A stretch of 64,000 nucleotides of DNA from Burkholderiales bacterium (GCA_023701005.1 JAMPXW010000001.1:207843-271842); one strand, 5' to 3'; counted from the stretch's first letter, positions 38,473-50,519 are shown. Made by a program: numbers and translations. Notes: generated by a model from the sequence alone, not told the origin.

Positions 38473-39138
38473 ATGCTTTCTTTTTTTAAAAAAATAAATT
38501 TTTATAAGCTAAAAATTAAGAGTTATAGCTTAAACAAAGGCATGACTTATGTTGAACTTATTGTAGTTTTGAGTATTTTTTCTGTTATGACATCAATTGT
38601 TCTTTTTGATTATAATAAGTTCGAAGAAAAAATAGACATAAAAATTTTGGCGAATGACATAGCTCTTAAGATAATAGAAGCCCAGAAATCTTCTGTTTCT
38701 GGTAAATTGCCTCCAGTAGCACAACAAGCAAGTATAAGTGATGAGTGGAAGCCATCTTATGGTTTGTATGTCGATTCTTCTTTAACCAATAATAAAAAAC
38801 TTGTTTATTTTAGTGATTTGTTGCCCCAAAATAGTGCTTATGATCCTTCTGTGTGTTCTGGAGCGGGAGAGTGTTTAGATAGTGTGACTATAACGAAAGG
38901 TAATTATATTTCGCGTATCGATAGTTATATAGGGTCTACCCTTAATCAACAAATAACAAGACCTTTGTCCATCACATTTAAAAGGCCAGGATCAAATGCG
39001 GTTTTTGCTATTACTAATCCAGATAGTTCAATTTCTATATTAAATGGTTTTGATTATGTTCAGATCACAATAACTTCTGTATCGGGTGTAAATTCTTATA
39101 TTAAAATATATAATTCTGGAAGAGTTCAAATAAATTAA
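38473..39138 (+). CDS. Minor pilin / pseudopilin (prepilin-type N-terminus KG|MTYVELIVVLSIF)
   Basis: Class III signal with Glu at +5. Confidence 0.5.
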   Translation: MLSFFKKINFYKLKIKSYSLNKGMTYVELIVVLSIFSVMTSIVLFDYNKFEEKIDIKILANDIALKIIEAQKSSVSGKLPPVAQQASISDEWKPSYGLYVDSSLTNNKKLVYFSDLLPQNSAYDPSVCSGAGECLDSVTITKGNYISRIDSYIGSTLNQQITRPLSITFKRPGSNAVFAITNPDSSISILNGFDYVQITITSVSGVNSYIKIYNSGRVQIN

Positions 39139-39146
39139 TTATAAAA

Positions 39147-39677
39147 ATGCAAAATAAAGTAAAAAATAAAAACAATAGTGGTTATACGATAATAGAAACA
39201 ATGATAGCGATATCACTTTTTCTCATTGTTGTCATGATAGGTATGGGTTCATTATTAAACACGACCCTTATCCATGGAAAATCACAGGACATGCGCTCAA
39301 TAGTAGACAATTTAAGTTTTATTATGGAAGATATTTCTAGAAATGTTAGGACAGGATATGATTTTGCTGGGGGAGGAAATATAATTTCTTTTACTTCTTC
39401 AAATGGAGCAGCATGGAGTTACAAAATCGAAGGATCTAATTTAAGTAAATCAATTGATGGTGGTACAAATTGGACACAGTTGAATTCTGGTGAAATAACT
39501 TTTAAGAATGGTTCAGGTTTTTCTTTGACAGGAGTTCTTCCTCCTCCAGGAGACACATTGCAACCACTAATAACAGTTAGATTGGTTGGAGAAATTATTT
39601 CAAAGGATAATATTTCTACTCCTTTTTCTTTACAAACATCGATATCTCAAAGATTGGCAGACATAGTAACACCTTAA
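39147..39677 (+). CDS. Minor pilin / pseudopilin (SG|YTIIETMIAISLFL)
   Basis: Class III signal with Glu at +5. Confidence 0.55.
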   Translation: MQNKVKNKNNSGYTIIETMIAISLFLIVVMIGMGSLLNTTLIHGKSQDMRSIVDNLSFIMEDISRNVRTGYDFAGGGNIISFTSSNGAAWSYKIEGSNLSKSIDGGTNWTQLNSGEITFKNGSGFSLTGVLPPPGDTLQPLITVRLVGEIISKDNISTPFSLQTSISQRLADIVTP

Positions 39678-39684
39678 AATATTT

Positions 39685-40223
39685 ATGATAAATAATTTTA
39701 AAAAAATAAATAAAGGTGGAGGATTTACTTTGGTGGAAACATTGGTAGCTATTTCGGTTTTTTCTTTTGCAGTTTTAGGATTGATGTCTGTCTTATCGAA
39801 TGGAATTACTGATATTGGTTATGCAAAAAAGAAAACTGTTGCTGTTTATTTAGCACAAGAGGGTGTGGAATATATAAGAAATATGAGAGATAATTATATC
39901 TTTTTTGGAGGGAATCCAGGCTGGAATAATTTTAAAGCGCAACTAGCTTCATGTAATGCTGGGAGTGAGTGTGGTTTTAGTACGACTAATCCGATTGTTG
40001 TTAATTCTTGTACATCTAATCCAAGTGTTTGTAAAATATATTTAAACAATGGTGATTATAATACTAATTCCAGTGGAAATGATTCTGGATTTTCTCGTAA
40101 AATATGGATGGAAGTAATAGAATCTAGTCGAGAAGTTAAGATTTTCTCACAGGTTTCTTGGACGCAAGGTTCTGGAACTTATAAGATAATTTTGTCAGAA
40201 AATTTATTTAATTGGACTGAATA

Positions 40224-40224
<1 letters not shown>
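39685..40224 (+). CDS. Minor pilin / pseudopilin (GG|FTLVETLVAISVF)
   Basis: Class III signal with Glu at +5; Cys-rich C-terminal half. Confidence 0.55.
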
Positions 40225-42769
<2,545 letters not shown>

Positions 42770-42775
42770 AATTCC

Positions 42776-43309
42776 ATGGAAAAATTAGGAAATAAATTTA
42801 GAACTTTTGTTATTTTTGCTGGATGTCTGTTATTCAGACTATTACCTTTGAGAGCACCGAATGTTGAGCCCATAATGGCTTCTATAATGCCCCTAGGACG
42901 TAAAAATGGCCCTTTGCAAGGCTTTTTGTTTGGATTCTTGAGTATTGTGGTGTATGACTCTCTGACTAATTTTGGGTATTGGACTTTTACCACAGGCATC
43001 GCTTATGGCTTGATAGGCGTGGCTTCTTTTTTCTATTTTAACAAATTTAAAACATCCTTATTCAATTTCGCTTTCTTTGCTTTTTTTGCCACTATATTTT
43101 TTGATTTAGTTACTGGAGTTTTACTAGCTCCATTTTTTGGACAAAATATTTACAATGCTTTTGTGATGCAAATTCCTTTTACCTTGCTTCATTTGGCAGG
43201 CAATATAGGCTTTGCTCTTACTTTGAGTCCTTTAATAAACAAATGGCTTTTGTTTGAAGATCCTTTGTTGGTAAAAAATAGTTCTTCTTTGGTAGAAGTA
43301 AAAATTTAA
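42776..43309 (+). CDS. Polytopic membrane protein, possibly an ECF-transporter S-component-like protein
   Basis: About 5-6 transmembrane segments; family guess is weak. Confidence 0.35.
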   Translation: MEKLGNKFRTFVIFAGCLLFRLLPLRAPNVEPIMASIMPLGRKNGPLQGFLFGFLSIVVYDSLTNFGYWTFTTGIAYGLIGVASFFYFNKFKTSLFNFAFFAFFATIFFDLVTGVLLAPFFGQNIYNAFVMQIPFTLLHLAGNIGFALTLSPLINKWLLFEDPLLVKNSSSLVEVKI

Positions 43310-43324
43310 TAGTATTTTAAATTT

Positions 43325-43412
43325 GGAGGCGTCGCATAGCGGTCTAGTGCGCAGACCTGGAAAGTCTGTGTGGGGAAACCCACCGAGAGTTCGAATCTCT
43401 CCGCCTCCGCCA
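43325..43412 (+). tRNA. tRNA-Ser (GGA), type II, CCA encoded
   Basis: Acceptor GGAGGCG/CGCCTCC, anticodon stem CAGAC/GTCTG with loop CTGGAAA, long variable arm, T-arm GAGAG-TTCGAAT-CTCTC, discriminator G plus CCA. Confidence 0.8.
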
Positions 43413-43416
43413 AATT

Positions 43417-44220
43417 GTGAAAAAGATAATCAAGAAAATAATCCTGTTAAACAAAAAAGAAGGGGAGACTCCTTTAGAAGCTTTAGAGAATTTTCGTGAT
43501 AAAAATCCTCAATATTTAAGTGTGCCTATGACTTATGCTGGAAGGTTAGATCCTATGGCCAGTGGGGTTCTTTTGATATTAGCTGGAGAAGAAACAAAAA
43601 ATAAGGAGAAATATTTGAACAAAGATAAAGAATATGAATTTGAAGTTTTGTTTGGTTTTAGTACTGATACTTTTGATATTTTAGGAAAAATTTCCGCTAG
43701 GCAAGACCTAGCGGAGAGCAAAGAAGTAAATGTAAAAGAATTAGAGAAAGAGATAAAAAAGAATATAAAAAATTTTGTTGGTGAAAGTATACAAAAATAT
43801 CCGATGTATTCTTCTAAAACAGTAAAAGGTAAACCATTATTTATGTATGCTAGAAATGGAGAAGATGTGGAGATCCCAGAGAGAAAGATTTTTATATATA
43901 AACTAAAATTAGAAAAAATAAGAATGATCGATAATAAAAAATTATTTAAAAATATAGAAAAAAGAATAAAAAAAGTTAAAGGGCCCGCCTCGACTCGCGG
44001 AGAGTCGACGCGAGGCGGGGATTTTAGGCAAAAAGAAATTTTAAAGATATGGGAAAATAATTTGAAGTTTAAAGATTTTAGATTTAAAAAGTTTTATATA
44101 GCTAAATTGAAAGTTAAATGTAGTAGTGGTACATATGTTAGGAATATTGCATATTCTTTGGGTAAAAAGTTAAATATTCCATCTTTGGCTTTTTCAATAA
44201 AAAGAACGAAAATATGTTAA
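43417..44220 (+). CDS. truB: tRNA pseudouridine synthase (TruB-like) carrying an in-frame 12-aa GC-rich insert (PASTRGESTRGG)
   Basis: Catalytic motif AGRLDPMASGVLLILAG (the pseudouridine-synthase catalytic Asp). Confidence 0.7.
   Translation: MKKIIKKIILLNKKEGETPLEALENFRDKNPQYLSVPMTYAGRLDPMASGVLLILAGEETKNKEKYLNKDKEYEFEVLFGFSTDTFDILGKISARQDLAESKEVNVKELEKEIKKNIKNFVGESIQKYPMYSSKTVKGKPLFMYARNGEDVEIPERKIFIYKLKLEKIRMIDNKKLFKNIEKRIKKVKGPASTRGESTRGGDFRQKEILKIWENNLKFKDFRFKKFYIAKLKVKCSSGTYVRNIAYSLGKKLNIPSLAFSIKRTKIC
43981..44020. repeat. 40-nt GC-rich imperfect palindrome (gggcccgcctcgactcgcggagagtcgacgcgaggcgggg) lying in-frame inside truB
   Basis: cccgcctcg pairs with cgaggcggg; inner cgactc pairs with gagtcg. 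About 80% GC in an AT-rich gene. Confidence 0.7.
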
Positions 44221-44264
44221 AATTAGGGTGAGTCGTTTTATCAATCTTAATAGATTAAAAAAAT

Positions 44265-44660
44265 ATGAAAGGATATAATTCAAACATAGAAAAAGAGACA
44301 TTAGAAAATACAAATTTTAGAAAAGTTTTGTATACAGGGAAACATAGCCAATTAGTTTTGATGAGTTTAAAACCAAATGAAGAGATCGGCATGGAAATTC
44401 ATACAGACAATGATCAATTTTTTCGTTTTGAAAAAGGAGAAGGTAAATGCATCATTGATGGTAATGAATATATATTAGGGGATGGTTCTGTGATTGTCGT
44501 TCCTTCTGGTGCAGAGCATAACATTATAAATACTTCTAGCACAGAAGATTTGAAACTTTATACGATATATTCTCCAGCACATCACAAAGATGGTTTAGTA
44601 AAAGCTACAAAAGAAGAAGCAGAAAATGGCCCAGAATTTGATGGTGTGACAACTGAATAA
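44265..44660 (+). CDS. Cupin-domain protein
   Basis: Cupin motifs G(x)5HxH-like (GMEIHTDNDQFF) and GxxxxVPxGxxH (VIVVPSGAEHNI). Confidence 0.65.
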   Translation: MKGYNSNIEKETLENTNFRKVLYTGKHSQLVLMSLKPNEEIGMEIHTDNDQFFRFEKGEGKCIIDGNEYILGDGSVIVVPSGAEHNIINTSSTEDLKLYTIYSPAHHKDGLVKATKEEAENGPEFDGVTTE

Positions 44661-44853
44661 AAGGAAATCCCTACTAAGAATCAATTTTTATAAAGCAATC
44701 TATCTGGCAAAGCTTTGCCAGCGAGCTGCTCGTTACTCAAGAAAATAATAAATGGATTACCATTTTTATTTTCTAAGTTCCTGCGCAAGGCTTTCTAAAA
44801 ATTATTCTTAATAGAGATTTATTATTTAATTTTTTCTAGAGTATAATATAAGC

Positions 44854-47802
44854 ATGTCGGCTGAAGCTTTCGAACAAGAATATAAGAAGCTTAATAAGGC
44901 TCAAAAAGAGGCTGTCGATAATATTGATGGCCCTGTGATGGTTGTAGCAGGCCCTGGAACAGGCAAAACTCAAATTTTAGCATTAAGAATAGGTAATATT
45001 TTGAAAAATACTGACGTAGGAGCAGATAGTATTTTGTGTTTAACTTTTACGAATTCGGCAGTGCATGCCATGAGAGATAGGTTGTATAAATATATAGGCA
45101 ATACAGCTTCGAAAGTTCAAGTCTTAACATTTCATAAATTTTCAGCAGAAATAATTGAGGAATTTTATTCAGTAATTGGCTTTGATACATTGCCAAGAAT
45201 TTTGGAAGACACAGAAGGTATATCGATCTGTGATCAGATTTTAAGAGAGAATGATTGGAAATATCTTCGTCCAAGAAATGATGTCGGTAGATATTTTAAA
45301 GAATTAAAATCTTTAATATCTTTATTAAAGAGAGAAAGAATGACACCAGAAGAATTCTTAAAAGAAATTGAGAATGAAATTTTAGATATCAAAAAAAGCC
45401 CAGGCAGTATTTCTACAAGAGGTGAGAGTAAGGGGAAGATGAAAAAAGAATTTTTAACTAAGATTGAAAGTCTGGAACGAACGAAAGAGACTGTTTTATT
45501 TTATGAATTATATGAAAAGAAAAAAAGAGAAGATTATCTTTTAGATTATGATGATAGTATCAAATACGCTTTAGAAATAATAGAAAATAGCGAGGAGGCC
45601 AGAGCTAGTATTTGCGAAAAATACTTGTATGTTTTGATTGATGAACATCAAGATTCTAGTGGTGTTCAAAATGATTTATTGAAAGCTATTTGGCAAAAAG
45701 AAGAAAAACCAAATATTTTTGCAGTGGGGGATGATCGCCAGCTGATATATGCTTTTGGTGGTGCAAAGATGTCACATTTTGAAGAATTTAAGACGATGTT
45801 TGGTAAAACAAAAATCATCTTTTTGACAGACAATTACAGGTCAACGCAAAACATTTTAAATACAGCGGATTCATTGCTCTCAAGTTCTTTTTCAGAAGAG
45901 AAACTTTTAGCCACAATAAAAGATAGTCATAATCTTAGATTAGTCGAAGCTGATTATCCACGAGATGAAATATTGGCTTGTGGTATAGAGATAAAAGATA
46001 AATTAAAAAATAATAAAATAGATTTAAATAGCTGTGCGGTACTTGTCCCCAAGAATAGACAAGTAATATCAGCTATAAAGATTTTAAAAGATTTAGGAAT
46101 AAAGGTTTCATCAATGCAAAACTTATCTTTATTTGATACTGATGAATTCGAAACCATATTAAGGATTTTAAAAATTTGCATAAATAGTCATGATGCATCT
46201 TCTTTATCTCTTAGTATTCTTGATCCAGTTGCCAAGATTCCTGTATTGTCCGCTCATGAATATTTGCATAGCAAACATGGCAAAGATATTAATTTGAAAG
46301 ATATTTTATTTGAACAGAATGATCTTTTTGGTAAATATGGTGAGATAAAAGCTTGGGCAGACAAATTAAAAGATCTAGTTTCTGCTTCTGTTAATTTAGA
46401 TATTTATAGTTTGGTACAAACAATAGGAGATGAAGTTTTAATAAAAACGGCAACAAATCATGATGAGCTTATTCGTAGAATAGAAGTGATAAGAAGTATG
46501 CTTCATTTAGCTTTATCATTTTCAGAAAAAAATAAAAAAGGGAATAAAGATTCATTGGTTGAATATATATCGTTTATAGAAAGATTGCGTATTTATGGTG
46601 AGGATGTACCACTTTCTTTGTTTGAGGGTGATGAAGGAGTAAAGGTCATGACACTTCATGCTTCTAAAGGTCTAGAGTTTGATTTTGTTTGGATCGCTCA
46701 CATGGACGAGAATGGATTAATGAAAGGCAAGCGTAGAAATTTTAAATTGCCAGAGTCTGTAGCTATGAAGATAGAAGAAAAAGACGAACTAGGGGCAAAG
46801 AGAGAGCTTTATGTAGCGATAACTAGAGCAAAAAGATTTTGTAATATATCATATTCAAGATTTTCTTATACTGGACAAAATCAAGAATTAGCTAAAATCA
46901 TATCTGATTTATTAATCTCAACCGAGAATGTTTTTGAAAAATCTTTAGCCAAAGATACCGAGAATAAACTCTTAGAGCATGACCCAAAAGTTTATGTAGC
47001 TTCTAGCCAAGTTAAAGATGAAATGAATGTTTTAGAAAAATTGATAAAGATAGTTTCAAAACAGTATGTAGATATTAATGTTTCTGTTTCAATGCTCAAT
47101 AACTTTTTTGAATGCCCACGTAAATGGTATTTTAGAAATTTATTAAAGTTACCGGAGCCTAAGAGTGAAAGTTTGGAATTTGGTAATGCTGTGCATGGAG
47201 CTATAGATAAAATATTGAAATTAAAAGATATTCCTACAAAAAAGGAAATAGAAAAGATTGTTGATGGAGATAAAGAAGTGATGAGAATAGTCACCAAGTG
47301 GGTAGAAGATAGATTGCCTAATATAAGTAAAAAAAGAGAAAACGAAAAAAGTATTTCTGTCCACTATAAAGAATTTTCATATTTAAATATTTACGGCAAG
47401 ATAGATTTGATAGAAGAATTAGAAAATAATATTTTGCGTGTTGTTGATTTTAAGACCGGCAATCCTCGCAAAAAGAATGACATAGAAAAGATGGATGAAG
47501 AGGGAAGGATGAGTGATTATATGAGGCAACTTTCCATGTATTCTTTTCTCTTGCAAGAGAGTAGAAAACAAATAAATGTTAAAGAATCTTGTTTGGAATT
47601 TTTGGAAGCTAAAGATAAAAAAGAAAGCATTTATACAACTTGTATAGATCAAGAAAAAGTAAAACTTTTAATTAAGGATATTAAAGATTATGACGATTTG
47701 GTAAAGACTGGAGGATGGATAGATAGACCATGTAATTTTAATTCTTATGGCAAAGCAAACGTTGAATGTCAGTACTGCAAGATGGCAGAGATTTACAAAT
47801 AA
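44854..47802 (+). CDS. UvrD/PcrA-family helicase fused to a C-terminal PD-(D/E)XK (Cas4/AddB-like) nuclease domain with a Cys cluster
   Basis: Walker A GPGTGKTQIL, helicase motifs (LIDEHQD, YRST, VMTLHASKGLEFD, ELYVAITRAK). The C-terminus has CPRKWYF...DFKTG...YSFLL and C-x-C-x2-C, consistent with an Fe-S RecB-type nuclease. Confidence 0.7.
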   Translation: MSAEAFEQEYKKLNKAQKEAVDNIDGPVMVVAGPGTGKTQILALRIGNILKNTDVGADSILCLTFTNSAVHAMRDRLYKYIGNTASKVQVLTFHKFSAEIIEEFYSVIGFDTLPRILEDTEGISICDQILRENDWKYLRPRNDVGRYFKELKSLISLLKRERMTPEEFLKEIENEILDIKKSPGSISTRGESKGKMKKEFLTKIESLERTKETVLFYELYEKKKREDYLLDYDDSIKYALEIIENSEEARASICEKYLYVLIDEHQDSSGVQNDLLKAIWQKEEKPNIFAVGDDRQLIYAFGGAKMSHFEEFKTMFGKTKIIFLTDNYRSTQNILNTADSLLSSSFSEEKLLATIKDSHNLRLVEADYPRDEILACGIEIKDKLKNNKIDLNSCAVLVPKNRQVISAIKILKDLGIKVSSMQNLSLFDTDEFETILRILKICINSHDASSLSLSILDPVAKIPVLSAHEYLHSKHGKDINLKDILFEQNDLFGKYGEIKAWADKLKDLVSASVNLDIYSLVQTIGDEVLIKTATNHDELIRRIEVIRSMLHLALSFSEKNKKGNKDSLVEYISFIERLRIYGEDVPLSLFEGDEGVKVMTLHASKGLEFDFVWIAHMDENGLMKGKRRNFKLPESVAMKIEEKDELGAKRELYVAITRAKRFCNISYSRFSYTGQNQELAKIISDLLISTENVFEKSLAKDTENKLLEHDPKVYVASSQVKDEMNVLEKLIKIVSKQYVDINVSVSMLNNFFECPRKWYFRNLLKLPEPKSESLEFGNAVHGAIDKILKLKDIPTKKEIEKIVDGDKEVMRIVTKWVEDRLPNISKKRENEKSISVHYKEFSYLNIYGKIDLIEELENNILRVVDFKTGNPRKKNDIEKMDEEGRMSDYMRQLSMYSFLLQESRKQINVKESCLEFLEAKDKKESIYTTCIDQEKVKLLIKDIKDYDDLVKTGGWIDRPCNFNSYGKANVECQYCKMAEIYK

Positions 47803-47917
47803 TTAGAATTTTGGGCCGTTATCTAACCAGCCGAAATAGAAACCTAATATTAGTAGAATTATGATTAATATGGCTAAAATCCAATGTTTTTTTAGCATAT
47901 TAATAGTATAGCAAATA

Positions 47918-48664
47918 TTGGGAAAAAGTTCTTTTTGTGATATATTTTCATTAATGGATAAAGAGACAAAAAAAGGAAAAGAACACCCGCTTTCTTTGGT
48001 TGTAAATGAAGCAGTAAAGATTTTTACTGATTTGGGTTTTGAGGTGGCTACTGGTCCAGAGCTAGAAGATGAATGGCATAATTTTGACGCTCTAAATTTC
48101 CCGAAAGATCATCCTGCTCGTGACATGCAAGATACTTTTTTTATTAAAAACAAGCCAGGATATGTATTACGTACTCATACATCAAATACACAAATTCATT
48201 TTATGGAAAAATTTGTTAAAGATGGTAAAAATCCACCATTCGCGATAATCGTTCCTGGAAAAGTTTTCAGAAATGAAGCAACGGATTCAGGGCATGAAAT
48301 GCAATTTTATCAACTTGAAGGCTTAATGATAGGTGCTAACATAAGCGTAGCTCACATGAAAGGAATTTTACTTGAATTCTTTAAAAGGTTTTTAGGAAAA
48401 GATGTAGAAATCAGATTACGTCCTAGTTTCTTTCCTTTTGTTGAGCCGGGATTTGAAGTAGATGTAAAACATGGAGACAAATGGATGGAGCTCTTGGGCG
48501 CTGGTATGGTTCATCCAAAAGTTTTAGAAAATTGTGGCATTGATTCTAAAAATTATCAAGGTTTTGCTTTTGGTTTTGGTCTTGATCGTATGGCAATGAT
48601 AAAATTTGGAATTCCAGATATTCGTCTTTTTTATCAAGGAGATTTAAGATTCAATCAATTTTAA
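47918..48664 (+). CDS. pheS: Phenylalanine-tRNA ligase alpha subunit (catalytic core only, 248 aa)
   Basis: Class II aaRS motifs: FPKDHPARDMQDTFF (motif 1), FRNE (motif 2), GFAFGFGLDRMAM (motif 3). Confidence 0.85.
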   Translation: MGKSSFCDIFSLMDKETKKGKEHPLSLVVNEAVKIFTDLGFEVATGPELEDEWHNFDALNFPKDHPARDMQDTFFIKNKPGYVLRTHTSNTQIHFMEKFVKDGKNPPFAIIVPGKVFRNEATDSGHEMQFYQLEGLMIGANISVAHMKGILLEFFKRFLGKDVEIRLRPSFFPFVEPGFEVDVKHGDKWMELLGAGMVHPKVLENCGIDSKNYQGFAFGFGLDRMAMIKFGIPDIRLFYQGDLRFNQF

Positions 48665-48668
48665 TTTT

Positions 48669-50504
48669 ATGAAAATTTCTTATAATTGGCTTAAGTGGTA
48701 TATTCCAGATGTTCCTAAACCAGAAGAATTAGTAAATCTTTTTACTTTTCATGTTTGTGAAGTTGAAAGTTTTGACAAAACGGCGGATGGTGATTTTATT
48801 TTTGATATAAAAATTTTACCAGATAGAGCACATGATTTACTCAGTCATTTTGGAGTGGCTCGGGAGATCTCTTCTTTACTTGATATTCAATTTATTGATC
48901 CAATTTTGAAGTATAAAAATCCACCATCAAAAGAGACTCAATTAATTATAGATGTTCAGTCTGAAAAATGTCGTCGCTATGTAGGTAGAATCGTTCGAAA
49001 TATAAAAATAGGTCCTAGTCCAGATTGGGTAGTAAAACATTTAGAATCAATAGGACAAAGAAGTATTAATAACATGGTAGATGCAGCTAATTTGGTAATG
49101 TATAATTGTGGACAACCCACGCATGTTTTTGATTTAAATAAGATGAATCAAGGTCTAATAGTAAGACAAGCAGAAGATGGTGAAGATATTACAACGTTAG
49201 ACAATAAAGAATTAAAACTAAAAACTTCAGATCTAGTAATTGCAGATTATTCTAAAGCTCTTGCTATTGCTGGTATAAAAGGAGGGAAGATAGCAGAGGT
49301 TGATAGTGAAACCACAGATGTTGTTTTAGAGGTTGCTAATTTTGATCCTACTTCTGTACGTAAAACTGCCCAAGCTTTAAATATTTTTACGGACGCAAAA
49401 AAACGTTTTGAGAATGATTTATCTCCAGAGTTATGTGATCGTGCTATGTTAGAATTTTCTGCTTTGATTTTAGAAATGTGTCCGGAGGCATCCTTTGAAG
49501 ATATTGTAGATATTTATCCAAAAAAACAAGAAATTAGAGAAGTATCTTTTAGTCTGAGAAAAATATCAAAAATTTTAGGTGTAGAAGTTTCTTTAGAAGA
49601 GATAAAAGATATTTTGCGAAGATATAATTTTGAATATATAGAAGATGGTGAGTTTATAAAAATAAAAATACCATTCATGCGATTTGATCTGAACATAGAA
49701 GAAGACATAGCAGAAGAAATAGGCAGAATAATGGGGTATGATAAAGTAAAGCCAAAAATTCCTGAAATAAAATTTACACCCAAGAGTAATACAATATATG
49801 AGAAGATTGTTTTTGTTAGGAATAAATTTTTGAATGATGGATATTCAGAAGTTATGACTTATGTATTTAGAGATAAAGGAGAAGTGGAAGTCCTTGCTTC
49901 TGCTTCAGATAAAAAGTTTTTAAGAACTAATCTCACTGACGGGCTTAAAGAGAGTTTAAAATTAAACCAACTTAATTCTCCCTTGCTTGAAATGAGTGAA
50001 ATAAAAATTTTTGAAATCGGAACTGTCTTTAAGAAAACTGGTGAAGAAATGCATGTTGCTTATGCAGATAAAAAAGAAATAAAAGAAATGAAATTAGAAG
50101 AATTTTGTTTTAATTCTCCTCTTGAGGAGTACCCAAAGGGGGAGGTGAAGTATTTCCACCCCGGCACAAGTGCCACCCCTCAAGAGGGGAATAAATTTAA
50201 ACCTTGGTCAATATATCCTTTCATCTCTCGTGATGTAGCTGTTTGGGTACCTGAGAGAGAAGATCCTTTAATATTAAAAAAATTGCTTATAGATAATGCC
50301 ACAGATCTTTTGATAAAAGAACCTTATTTGTTTGATTCATTTACAAAACCTGCCTCGACGCAAGGCGAGGATGGAAAAACTTCTTATGCTTTTAGGCTTG
50401 TTTTTCAGTCGTATGAAAGAACTTTAAAAGATGAAGAAATAAATGAAATTATGACTAATATAACCAATAAAATCAAGGAGAAAAATGATTGGCAGGTTAG
50501 GTAA
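48669..50504 (+). CDS. pheT: Phenylalanine-tRNA ligase beta subunit (short form), with two GC-rich palindromic patches lying in-frame within it
   Basis: B3/B4 domain (NNMVDAANLVMYNCGQPTHVFD), B5 domain and a C-terminal FDX-ACB-like domain; 611 aa. Confidence 0.85.
   Translation: MKISYNWLKWYIPDVPKPEELVNLFTFHVCEVESFDKTADGDFIFDIKILPDRAHDLLSHFGVAREISSLLDIQFIDPILKYKNPPSKETQLIIDVQSEKCRRYVGRIVRNIKIGPSPDWVVKHLESIGQRSINNMVDAANLVMYNCGQPTHVFDLNKMNQGLIVRQAEDGEDITTLDNKELKLKTSDLVIADYSKALAIAGIKGGKIAEVDSETTDVVLEVANFDPTSVRKTAQALNIFTDAKKRFENDLSPELCDRAMLEFSALILEMCPEASFEDIVDIYPKKQEIREVSFSLRKISKILGVEVSLEEIKDILRRYNFEYIEDGEFIKIKIPFMRFDLNIEEDIAEEIGRIMGYDKVKPKIPEIKFTPKSNTIYEKIVFVRNKFLNDGYSEVMTYVFRDKGEVEVLASASDKKFLRTNLTDGLKESLKLNQLNSPLLEMSEIKIFEIGTVFKKTGEEMHVAYADKKEIKEMKLEEFCFNSPLEEYPKGEVKYFHPGTSATPQEGNKFKPWSIYPFISRDVAVWVPEREDPLILKKLLIDNATDLLIKEPYLFDSFTKPASTQGEDGKTSYAFRLVFQSYERTLKDEEINEIMTNITNKIKEKNDWQVR
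50116..50189. repeat. GC-rich cluster of four short hairpins/palindromes inside pheT (ctcctcttgaggag ... ggtgaagtatttccacc ... ggcacaagtgcc ... cccctcaagagggg). The outer pair forms a 10-bp inverted repeat
   Basis: Read directly from sequence. Encodes ...EEYPKGEVKYFHPGTSATPQEGNK.... Confidence 0.55.
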
Positions 50505-50519
50505 TTTCTGATATAATTA

